NCBI GenBank assembly: GCA_020428115.1 | Contig: JAGQNJ010000001.1 | Coordinates: 1-32,895 of the forward strand | Length of the DNA: 32,895 nucleotides | Direction of reading: 5' to 3' | Source of the DNA: Candidatus Saccharimonadota bacterium | GTDB taxonomy: Bacteria; Patescibacteriota; Saccharimonadia; Saccharimonadales; JAGQNJ01 | In this document: positions 18,178-25,974 of the stretch, one piece after another | Position numbering within the stretch: the stretch's first letter is position 1 | Layout: every line of letters starts with the position of its first letter | Made by a program: the position numbers and the translations under genes | The notes under the pieces: generated by a model | What the model saw: the letters and a program-made list of their open reading frames with translations, nothing else | What the model was told of the DNA's origin: nothing | Databases searched by the model: none

Positions 18178-20949
18178 CTATTCCGTTAATGCCTGGTTGG
18201 CAAAATTTCTACCTGTTGCACGTTCTTGAGCAGTTGTGCCATCTTGAATGGTTGCCTGATAACAGTATTGGCCTTCTGTACTCGCATTAGGGGAATTGTT
18301 CTCTACAACGCTGCCTTCAACAACTTGTCTAGGCCCAGTGTGCTGCCACCCTGACTGGCTTACTTCACAAATATAGTATGTGCCCCAATAGAGCTTATTG
18401 AACAGATACTTGCCGGGGTTAACTTCATATGCCCCAGTGGTTGTTGTTGCAACAAAACTCCATTGTTCGTCATATAAATTAATGCCCCACCCTGCCGTTG
18501 GTAGCTCGGTCTTTTGTTTGCGGCCATCGCCGTTCACATCTTCGTACACAGTGCCCGCAATGCGGCCTTCCCCAGGAGCTCGATCAATAAACCCATCACA
18601 AGCATCATCTATTTTGTCTTTGTCTATGTCTTGACCAGATTGCTCAAACGCAGGGCAACTATCATAGCCGTTCTTGATGCCATCGCCATCATAGTCGTTT
18701 GCAAAAGCTGCTACGTAAATGGTCTTGTAAACATCAATAGCTTGGCCGGTCATGTTTGTCCCGTAGATATGTAGCGTATGGAATCCAGGATCTACCGAGG
18801 GAACCCTAAATCTTGCTGTCAGATCACCATCTGTATTGGTTGTAAATGTTCCGAGTACAATTGGCTCCGAGTGTAACTCTATCTGATAGCTTGTATTTGC
18901 TGCCAGTGCATATTGATCACCATCCAGCGCAACATTCTGCAGGCGTCCTGTTATTGCAAGATCAGATGTTGCCTCAGGTGCTGCGCTAATTTCACGGATT
19001 TCCCGACCCGTACGTGGAACGTTAAGAATTGGCAGGTCGTCTGTTATAGCTGGTGGTACAGCCGCAGCATCTGGCTGGGGGTTAGCAAGCGTAAAGTTAC
19101 TGGTCTGCTCTAAAATTTTGTCTTTGTATAGTTGGTGCCCGAGTTTGTTCGGATGATAGCTTGCATTGGCTGTGGGGCCAATTCCTGATAGTGGCGAATC
19201 TCCACCCAGCGTGAGACCATTAACCGCCACAAAGTACGATTCTGTTTCGCACAACTTATGGCCTGCAAAAGCGTCCCCTACATCAACAAAGCTAACCCCG
19301 GCACTCGCTGCGGCACTTGATATCACGTTATTGAGATACTCGATCAACATGTTGGAAAATTTAACCTCTTCGCTATCAAGTCTCACATTCACTGCGCAAT
19401 TGCCATTGTTCTGGGCAATTTTTGGATAGCCCACGGCGTAAATTTTTGCATTTGAAGCAGTACTCCTAATTTTCCCGTACATACCTTTCAATTCAGCAAA
19501 CGTTTTATTAACCGTGTCGATAAGCTCAAACCTGTCTTCATATGTTGCATAGCAAGTCCCGGGAACTACTGCTAAGTTACCCACACATTTTTGTACTATT
19601 CCTCCGAACCCGATATCGTTACCACTAATGCCCACTGTAATAACATCTGGATTAACTTTGTTCACATAATGTAGTTGCTTTCTAAAACCTGGCAACATGC
19701 CACCTAGGGTGTTTGGATCTGGAATATTTACATACTGCACGTCATCAGTAATGTTCCTGACGACCGCACCCGAACATGCAACTGAATTATACGATTGTAG
19801 ATCTAGCTCCTGACCAATTAGGTACGGATACGAGACCTTCGACAAATGGCATTTGTTCTCTGGTGTATCCGTTTCTAGGAAATAATCATATGCTCCCTCG
19901 CCCGAACTATATGAATCGCCAAGCGCCAGATAGTCCTGATCCTCGATAACCGCACCTGGTGGCGCCATGCGTAACTTGCTGGTTGCGTTTGTGCCATTTA
20001 CAGTCGCGTTCACATAAAAACTAATTAAGCTATCATTAACAAAACGAGGTTGCCACGAACGCTTATAGCCAGGTATGTGCTGTGAAATTGCACTATTTAC
20101 GTCAGTATTACTACAAGCAACAGGTCCAGTGATAGCCTCTGGTACTGCTGCGCATGTCTGCGTATCAGCTATATTAAACATTCCAGTTGCAGCCGATATG
20201 ACAAATCGCCCATCATCACTAATTGCAAAGTGTGGCTTTGGATCAGATCCAAGATGATACGTGAACGGCGATCGAAACGGTGTTACCTGGTAGGAAGTAA
20301 GATCGACTTTAAGTGTGGCCAAATATTCGGAATCAACCACCATCCATTTGCCGTTTGCAGAAAATGTCATCGTGCTTGGTTTGACATATAGATCCGTTCC
20401 TGCAGCGTCCTCAAGTGTTTTTGTCGGGCTTGAGGGTAAGGTAAAGGTGACCGATTGATCAATAATGTTGGTGTCAATGCTCATAGTTCTGTTTATATTT
20501 TCATAGAAGTGCGATTTGAGCCCATTGCCAGTATTCTCGTACACTACTACTGTTTTTGAACCAGGAACTGGGACCATGCTCTGCTGTGAACCCGCGGTCG
20601 ATACGACCTTGCCGGCTACACCACTACCGTTTAATTCTATATAGCCTGCAGGATCAACCAGACCAAAATCCGTCTGCACAGCGCAAGCTTCGTGGCTCAC
20701 TTCTGCCTGTCCAAGCAGTGGAATAGCGGGTTTCGTAACGAACTTGTGTTTTGTGCAGTCTATATTGCCGTAACCAGTTATTGTCGTTGGTAATGCCTGC
20801 CCCGTCGGCAGTTGTTCTGCCTGGCTAAGTGTTGGATTACCTGGGGTTAGCCATGTGGCCAAGGTGTCGTCAGCAGCAGCCAGTTTGCCAATTCCAAATG
20901 TACAGACCAGCACCACTACTACAAGTGTTCTGAATAATTTTTGCTTCAC
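18178..20949 (-). CDS. large secreted multidomain SGNH/GDSL-type esterase/lipase
   Basis: Signal peptide MKQKLFRTLVVVVLVCTFGIGKLAAA and a propeller-like N-region. SGNH blocks LALGDSYSSGEG, GISGNDIGF and SYHPNKLGH. Asp-rich Ca-binding-type repeats (DYDGDGIKNGYDSCP, DIDKDKIDDACD) and a C-terminal Cna-B/SdrD-like YEDVNGDG domain. GTG start with SD AAGGTGG. Confidence 0.8.
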   Translation of the reverse strand: MKQKLFRTLVVVVLVCTFGIGKLAAADDTLATWLTPGNPTLSQAEQLPTGQALPTTITGYGNIDCTKHKFVTKPAIPLLGQAEVSHEACAVQTDFGLVDPAGYIELNGSGVAGKVVSTAGSQQSMVPVPGSKTVVVYENTGNGLKSHFYENINRTMSIDTNIIDQSVTFTLPSSPTKTLEDAAGTDLYVKPSTMTFSANGKWMVVDSEYLATLKVDLTSYQVTPFRSPFTYHLGSDPKPHFAISDDGRFVISAATGMFNIADTQTCAAVPEAITGPVACSNTDVNSAISQHIPGYKRSWQPRFVNDSLISFYVNATVNGTNATSKLRMAPPGAVIEDQDYLALGDSYSSGEGAYDYFLETDTPENKCHLSKVSYPYLIGQELDLQSYNSVACSGAVVRNITDDVQYVNIPDPNTLGGMLPGFRKQLHYVNKVNPDVITVGISGNDIGFGGIVQKCVGNLAVVPGTCYATYEDRFELIDTVNKTFAELKGMYGKIRSTASNAKIYAVGYPKIAQNNGNCAVNVRLDSEEVKFSNMLIEYLNNVISSAAASAGVSFVDVGDAFAGHKLCETESYFVAVNGLTLGGDSPLSGIGPTANASYHPNKLGHQLYKDKILEQTSNFTLANPQPDAAAVPPAITDDLPILNVPRTGREIREISAAPEATSDLAITGRLQNVALDGDQYALAANTSYQIELHSEPIVLGTFTTNTDGDLTARFRVPSVDPGFHTLHIYGTNMTGQAIDVYKTIYVAAFANDYDGDGIKNGYDSCPAFEQSGQDIDKDKIDDACDGFIDRAPGEGRIAGTVYEDVNGDGRKQKTELPTAGWGINLYDEQWSFVATTTTGAYEVNPGKYLFNKLYWGTYYICEVSQSGWQHTGPRQVVEGSVVENNSPNASTEGQYCYQATIQDGTTAQERATGRNFANQALTE

Positions 20950-20971
20950 AACTAGATGCCCACCTTTTTTA

Positions 20972-20987
20972 TATACTTATAAGTATA
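20972..20987. repeat. perfect 16-bp palindrome TATACTTATAAGTATA in the SGNH-gene promoter region
   Basis: Self-complementary by inspection, 23 nt upstream of the GTG start. Confidence 0.7.
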
Positions 20988-21070
20988 GTATCAATCTTCG
21001 CGTGTCACACAAATAAATAAGCCGATAGCAAAAAGGTAATTTTACTCATTCCTAATACAAGGTGAATTTT

Positions 21071-21421
21071 CTACAAAGTCGAGTGGCGGTCTTTGACTGT
21101 TGATACCAAAAAGCTAACCACAACCACGGCAAGTATCGCTGCGCCCACAAATATCATCCACCCATCTAAGTGAAACCCATCGGCAGACGTTAGTGGGGTG
21201 GTCTCTGTCTGTACTTGTGCTGAACTAGTGGGTACTGCCGTGGTACTCACGGTAATAACCGCGCCATTGCTGCGAGTCTGCAGACCACTCACCCCGACCT
21301 GTCCCGCGCTGGTGGTTTGATCTGGGTTAGCCGTAGATTGCTGCAGGGCATTGCCCCAGCTGGACTGCTGCAACTGTGGTGCACCTGTCTGATTGCCTTG
21401 CGTCACTGGACCTTCCGTCAT
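21071..21421 (-). CDS. hypothetical S/T/Q-rich protein with C-terminal TM (116 aa)
   Basis: ORF with TM WMIFVGAAILAVVVVSFLV near the C-terminus. Confidence 0.55.
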   Translation of the reverse strand: MTEGPVTQGNQTGAPQLQQSSWGNALQQSTANPDQTTSAGQVGVSGLQTRSNGAVITVSTTAVPTSSAQVQTETTPLTSADGFHLDGWMIFVGAAILAVVVVSFLVSTVKDRHSTL

Positions 21422-21471
21422 GTCAAAACAGTAGCACTTTTTGGCCGTTTTACCAACCGAGCACGCCGTGA

Positions 21472-22257
21472 CTAGCCTTGCAGAGCAAGAAACTTGGCGA
21501 ACTCGTCTGGGTGCTCACACATTGCCGCAAACTCACGACTGTTGATAATGCTGTTGAACTCCGCAAATGATGTGCCTGGGTGGCTGGCCTCGAACTGATG
21601 AAACCAATCAGCGACAGCCGTAGATTGCATATTGGGTTTGGCTTGCCGACTGGCCTGGGTTATCGAATCTATGATATTTGTAGAGCCAGAACCACGCGCG
21701 CTAAGCCCGTATTTGAGCCCAACAGCGGCGCCCACAAGTGCTACGCCACCAGCAGCCACGGCCACTACTGGACGCCTGCGGGCACGTTCGATTGTGTTAT
21801 GTGCCAGCGTATTGATCTGCACTGATTTTTTGAGCAACCAGTTACTAAGTCGTCGCGGTTTAGGTACTGCATGCTCTATTGTCTGGCTTTGTGGCTGCTC
21901 TACTGGAAGCGCAGGCTCAGGTTGAGTGATTGGCGCACGACCAAGATAGGCATCGTATTCATCAACCCTACAAATCGGCTGAGCGGAACCAAGCAGTATG
22001 CGGGCGTGCCCCATATTACTCCCTAGCTCTTCGTGATAGCCTGCCCTAAACATGTATCGTGCACGGTGTACTGCGAGGCGGAATCGACCTGGGAATCTGC
22101 GTGCTGGCTGCACCTGCTCAATCGCTTGTGGCGGCTCTGGTGCAGGTGGCATTTCGCCAAATGCAACTAGCTCCTCGTATGCAGCATACTCAAGAGCCCG
22201 AGAATCTAACGCTTCGGGTTCCATGGTTTCAAACTGGCCAGGCTCTGCTGTAATCAC
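21472..22257 (-). CDS. hypothetical single-TM protein (261 aa)
   Basis: GTG start with SD aaggat. Central TM VVAVAAGGVALVGAAVGL. No recognisable motif. Confidence 0.6.
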   Translation of the reverse strand: MITAEPGQFETMEPEALDSRALEYAAYEELVAFGEMPPAPEPPQAIEQVQPARRFPGRFRLAVHRARYMFRAGYHEELGSNMGHARILLGSAQPICRVDEYDAYLGRAPITQPEPALPVEQPQSQTIEHAVPKPRRLSNWLLKKSVQINTLAHNTIERARRRPVVAVAAGGVALVGAAVGLKYGLSARGSGSTNIIDSITQASRQAKPNMQSTAVADWFHQFEASHPGTSFAEFNSIINSREFAAMCEHPDEFAKFLALQG

Positions 22258-22376
22258 TAGTAATCTATCCTTTAGACTGCTTTATTAGTTTGATTATTAT
22301 ACCTTAAAATTGGCTTTTACGCCACTCTGGCCATTGCTTTGCCCTGTCACGCCCCTGTCCACCAGAAGAAAACAAC

Positions 22377-22404
22377 TTGAGTTTATCTGTTATTTTGCTA
22401 GAAT
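22377..22404 (+). promoter_or_regulatory. candidate tRNA promoter TTGAGT-16-TAGAAT
   Basis: The box pair ends 14 nt upstream of tRNA-Phe. Confidence 0.45.
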
Positions 22405-22418
22405 AACATGGTCGATGA

Positions 22419-22494
22419 GGCGCTATAGCTCAGCTGGTAGAGCAGAGGCCTGAAGAGCCTTGTGTCCCTGGTTCGAGTCCAGGTGGCGCCACCA
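22419..22494 (+). tRNA. tRNA-Phe (GAA), CCA encoded
   Basis: Hand-folded: acceptor GGCGCTA/TGGCGCC, D GCTC/GAGC, anticodon stem GAGGC/GCCTT with loop CTGAAGA, T arm CCTGG-TTCGAGT-CCAGG. Confidence 0.9.
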
Positions 22495-22528
22495 GCAATC
22501 AGCAAATAGCGAACATATCGAACACCAT

Positions 22529-22605
22529 GCGGGTGTAGCTCAGTTGTTTAGAGCGCATCCTTGCCAAGGATGAGGCCGCGGGTTAGAGTCCCGCCACCCG
22601 CACCA
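22529..22605 (+). tRNA. tRNA-Gly (GCC), CCA encoded; atypical D- and T-loops
   Basis: Acceptor GCGGGTG/CACCCGC, D GCTC-AGTTGTTTA-GAGC, anticodon stem CATCC/GGATG with loop TTGCCAA, T arm GCGGG-TTAGAGT-CCCGC. All stems are perfect. Confidence 0.9.
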
Positions 22606-22607
22606 AA
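22585..22607 (+). repeat. direct repeat copy 1 (attL-like core): AGAGTCCCGCCACCCGCACCAAA
   Basis: The 3' 21 nt of tRNA-Gly plus 2 flanking nt, identical to 29101-29123. Confidence 0.85.
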
Positions 22608-22608
22608 T

Positions 22609-22917
22609 ATTTGAATTATGACCCGCAAGGGTCTTTTTCTTTGTCTCAACGACTGTTCTAAAGGGGTCGTTTAGTATATAAGACAACTTCTTGTCCTTTA
22701 GTTCAATGTTTGAAAGTACGTATTCTAGCAACTTCTGTCTTAGCCCCTCATCGCTCTCATTGAACAGCTGTTCAGCCCGTTGAGCCAAGTCTAACAGATA
22801 GGATGCTGTAACTTGAAAGTCTTTATTGTCGCTTGTTAGCAACTTTAGGCGGTCATTTAGCTCCTGCTGTTTCTTTTCTAGCTCAGTTGCAATTTCATCG
22901 TGGAATGTCTGTGTAAT
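22609..22917 (-). pseudogene. relic of a large serine recombinase (C-terminal ~100 codons only)
   Basis: The frame is open from 22917, with an in-frame TGA at 22918-22920. It reads ITQTFHDEIATELEKKQQELNDRLKLLTSDNKDFQVTASYLLDLAQRAEQLFNESDEGLRQKLLEYVLSNIELKDKKLSYILNDPFRTVVET. From memory this matches the coiled-coil tail pattern LLELAxxAxxLF...EKRxLLNFVLSN....L......PF of large serine recombinases. No catalytic domain lies upstream. The track ORF's last ~25 codons are antisense to tRNA-Gly. Confidence 0.5.
22620..22638 (+). terminator. short intrinsic terminator after tRNA-Gly
   Basis: GACCC-GCAA-GGGTC followed by TTTTT. Confidence 0.55.
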
Positions 22918-23184
22918 TCACCTGGACACACGACGACTTTATGAAGACTTTCTAGCATTTCTTGATAAAGAGATTGCTCAGGCAACAACCAATGTTTATG
23001 TAAAAAATGGTCTTAATATAGGTACGAAGTATCGGGGCAGACTACGTTCTGATATAGATAACTTCCCATCGTAGATTGCCTGCCAAAAAACGCTTGGCAA
23101 AGTTGCCCCCAAAAATTAGGTACTTACACGGCGGAGTACCCTTGACAGACATAAAGGGGGACTACCCCCCTGTCACTACACCAC

Positions 23185-23213
23185 TTGCATAGTACCCCCT
23201 GGGGGTATATAGT
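23185..23213 (+). promoter_or_regulatory. csoR-like gene promoter (TTGCAT-17-TATAGT) with a 15-bp palindromic operator TACCCCC-T-GGGGGTA (23193-23207) in the spacer
   Basis: Read directly from the sequence. The ATG lies 6 nt after the -10 with no SD. A second G5-ACTA-C6 inverted repeat lies at 23156-23170. Confidence 0.65.
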
Positions 23214-23219
23214 GAAAGT

Positions 23220-23504
23220 ATGATAAGCGATATAAAACAACGAGCATTGCACCGAGCCAAGATACTTGAGGGTCAGATGCGTGGTGTCCAAAAGATGATT
23301 GAAAACGAAGACTACTGTATGGATATACTCACGCAGAGCCTCGCTATCCAAAAGTCTATTGGTTCACTGAATAAGCTGATACTTGAGAACCACGTACGAA
23401 CACACATTAAAGAGAACCTTAGTTCAAGCTCAGAGAAAGCCCAAGAGCAAGCAGTTGAGGAGCTACTAGGCTTGTACGAGCTATCTAATGTAAGAAGTAA
23501 GTAA
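23220..23504 (+). CDS. CsoR/RcnR-family metal-sensing transcriptional repressor
   Basis: L.RAKILEGQMRGVQKMIEN.DYCMDILTQ..AIQ......LIL.NH...H. C33, H58 and H62 sit at the family's ligand spacings (25 and 4). Confidence 0.85.
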   Translation: MISDIKQRALHRAKILEGQMRGVQKMIENEDYCMDILTQSLAIQKSIGSLNKLILENHVRTHIKENLSSSSEKAQEQAVEELLGLYELSNVRSK

Positions 23505-23515
23505 GGAGTAAAGTG

Positions 23516-23953
23516 ATGAAAAAAGAAAGCATAATGATAGGTGTAATCGGTTTGCTCGTAGGAGTGGTCTTAACAGGTTTTACGGCAGGTCAGGCTGTGA
23601 ACAATAACAACTCTGGAATGATGCGGATGATGGGTATGGACACTAGCAAAAATGAGAAAAGTGTTGCCACTGACCACGGCACAATGTCTATGGCTGATAT
23701 GAACAAACAGCTTGAGGGTTTATCGGGTGATGATTTTGACAAGGCTTTTATTGAAATGATGATAGCTCATCACGAGGGTGCGGTTAGCATGGCTGAGCTT
23801 GTTCCATCACGTGCCAAGCATGATGAAGTAAAGAAGCTCGGCGAAGCTGTCATCGCCGCACAAACTAAAGAAATTGCCGATATGAAACAGTGGCAAAAAG
23901 ATTGGGGTTATTCATCTAATGAAATGATGGATATGATGCACGGCAGCAATTAA
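23516..23953 (+). CDS. DUF305-family protein, membrane-anchored and Met-rich
   Basis: AAGGAG lies 7 nt upstream of ATG 23516. TM anchor, GMMRMMGMD, the DUF305 core DFDKAFIEMMIAHHEGAVSMAE, and a C-terminal NEMMDMMHGSN. Confidence 0.8.
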   Translation: MKKESIMIGVIGLLVGVVLTGFTAGQAVNNNNSGMMRMMGMDTSKNEKSVATDHGTMSMADMNKQLEGLSGDDFDKAFIEMMIAHHEGAVSMAELVPSRAKHDEVKKLGEAVIAAQTKEIADMKQWQKDWGYSSNEMMDMMHGSN

Positions 23954-23955
23954 AA

Positions 23956-25974
23956 ATGGAACACTCGCACCACGAACACCAATACTCTGAGCATCAAGAA
24001 CACGACAAGCACGCTGGTCATTCGGTAGCTATGTTCAAGGATAGGTTTTGGCTATCTTTGATACTGACCATACCCGTGCTTGTCTACTCCGAGATGATAC
24101 AGCACTGGCTGAACTTCACGCCGCCAGCGTTTCCAGGTTCGCAGTATGTGCCGTTTGTCCTCAGTACAGTCATATTCTTTTACGGCGGTATGGTCTTCAT
24201 CAAGAGTGCGTGGGGCGAGCTAAAAGCTAAACTGCCAGGTATGATGACGCTCATCAGCCTGGCAATTATCACAGCGTATACGTACAGCGTCGCAACACAG
24301 TTTTTTATAAAGGGCGAAACATTCTTTTGGGAACTAGCAACGCTGGTAACAATTATGTTACTCGGTCATTGGTTAGAAATGGCATCGATTGCTAAAGCTG
24401 AAAACGCCCTTGATGCTATTTCTAAACTACTTCCTGATAAAGCCGAAAAGCTCATAAACGGTAAGCCAATGCAGGTATTGGTAAGCGAACTAAAAGTTGG
24501 CGACTTGGTACTGATACGACCTGGTGCGAGTATACCTGTTGATGGTGTAATTGTTGACGGTAGTTCATCTGTTGATGAAGCTGCTATCACTGGCGAAAGC
24601 AACCCCGTGAGCAAAACTACGAATGATGAAGTTGTTGCAGGTACGGGCAATCAAGATGGCTCTCTAACCGTTAAAGTTACGAAACTCGGTCAGGATACAG
24701 CACTTGCAGGCATTATGAGGTTAGTAGCTGAGGCACAAAGCTCAAAGTCTAACGTGCAGGTACTTGCGGATAAAGCAGCTTTTTATTTGACAGTGATAGC
24801 AATAGCTACTGCGATCGTTACTTTTATCTACTGGTTCGTAACAAAAGATGCGAACTTTGCACTTGAACGGTCAGTTACGGTTCTGATTATCGCTTGTCCG
24901 CACGCATTAGGTTTGGCGATACCTTTAGTCGTTTCAATCTCAACTACTCTGTCAGCTCGTAACGGTCTGCTAGTACGTAAACGACTTGCCCTTGAAGCTG
25001 CACGCAAACTGGATTGGGTGCTATTTGATAAGACAGGTACGTTGACTAAGGGCGAACACGGCGTAGCAGACATATGGGCTACAAAAGGCTATACAAAGGA
25101 AGACATATTGCACCTCACAGCCAGTCTTGAGCAGAGCAGTGAGCACGTTGTTGGTAAAGGTATTGTACAAAAAGCCGAGGAGCAGCACGTTCATCTTGAT
25201 AAAGTTGATAACTTCACAGCCTTGCCTGGTTTAGGTGTTCAGGGTACTTTGCACGGCAGTGAGGTGTATACCGCAGCCAGCTACCGCTATATAGAAGAAA
25301 ACAAATTAACTGTTCCAACTAAAATAGCAAAGATGGTCAAGCAAGCTGCTAAAGAGGGTAAAACCGAAGTGTATCTAATTACCAATAAAAAGGTTATTGG
25401 AGCGTTGGGCTTAGCCGATATAGTCCGCGAGCAATCAAAGCAGACTATCAAAACACTCAAGACTATGGGCATAAAGACCGCAATGATAACCGGCGACTCA
25501 GACGAGGTTGCGGCTTATGTCTCAAAACAACTTGGCTTAGACCAGTATTTTGCCGAGGTTAGACCAGAAGACAAAGCAGCAAAGGTCAAAGAATTGCAGA
25601 AAAACGGGCAACAAGTTGCAATGGTTGGCGATGGCATTAACGATGCACCTGCTCTTACACAAGCTGATATAGGTATTGCGATTGGAGCTGGTACTGACGT
25701 TGCCATCAAATCAGCAGATATTATCTTAGTAAAAAGCGACCCTCATGACGTAGTAAAGGTAATTAACCTCTCAAAACGCACATACAGCAAGATGGCTCAA
25801 AACCTAGTTTGGGCAACGGGCTATAACGTCTTTGCAATACCTTTGGCAGCTGGTGTGCTATACAGTGCAGGCATTATACTAGCTCCTGCACTTGGTGCTG
25901 TCCTAATGTCGGTTTCTACAGTTGTTGTTGCTCTCAATGCTCAGCTGCTTAGGCGTGCTGAATTAGCTGGCTAA
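23956..25974 (+). CDS. copB: P1B-type heavy-metal ATPase, CopB-like (CPH motif, His-rich N-terminus)
   Basis: 8 His in the first 22 residues. TGES, TM6 [24 protein letters not shown] and [12 protein letters not shown]. No HMA (CxxC) domain. Confidence 0.85.
   Translation: MEHSHHEHQYSEHQEHDKHAGHSVAMFKDRFWLSLILTIPVLVYSEMIQHWLNFTPPAFPGSQYVPFVLSTVIFFYGGMVFIKSAWGELKAKLPGMMTLISLAIITAYTYSVATQFFIKGETFFWELATLVTIMLLGHWLEMASIAKAENALDAISKLLPDKAEKLINGKPMQVLVSELKVGDLVLIRPGASIPVDGVIVDGSSSVDEAAITGESNPVSKTTNDEVVAGTGNQDGSLTVKVTKLGQDTALAGIMRLVAEAQSSKSNVQVLADKAAFYLTVIAIATAIVTFIYWFVTKDANFALERSVTVLIIACPHALGLAIPLVVSISTTLSARNGLLVRKRLALEAARKLDWVLFDKTGTLTKGEHGVADIWATKGYTKEDILHLTASLEQSSEHVVGKGIVQKAEEQHVHLDKVDNFTALPGLGVQGTLHGSEVYTAASYRYIEENKLTVPTKIAKMVKQAAKEGKTEVYLITNKKVIGALGLADIVREQSKQTIKTLKTMGIKTAMITGDSDEVAAYVSKQLGLDQYFAEVRPEDKAAKVKELQKNGQQVAMVGDGINDAPALTQADIGIAIGAGTDVAIKSADIILVKSDPHDVVKVINLSKRTYSKMAQNLVWATGYNVFAIPLAAGVLYSAGIILAPALGAVLMSVSTVVVALNAQLLRRAELAG

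Noticed and set aside
22540-22608. The 3' third of track ORF 22540..22842 (..AGHNSNIWCGWRDSNPRPHPWQGCALNN).
   Set aside because: This part is simply the antisense reading of tRNA-Gly. Only 22609-22917 is treated as a recombinase relic.
22826-23074. 82-aa plus-strand ORF, considered as a possible tyrosine-integrase N-terminal fragment (..LYEDFLAFLDKE..).
   Set aside because: Its first half is antisense to the recombinase relic. The remainder has no convincing integrase motif and no continuation.
23142-23147. Consensus TTGACA as a -35 element.
   Set aside because: The sequence 17 nt downstream is CCCCCC, so there is no -10 partner on the + strand.
23124-23351. 75-aa minus-strand ORF.
   Set aside because: It overlaps the csoR-like promoter/operator and the 5' end of that gene, and it has no coding features.
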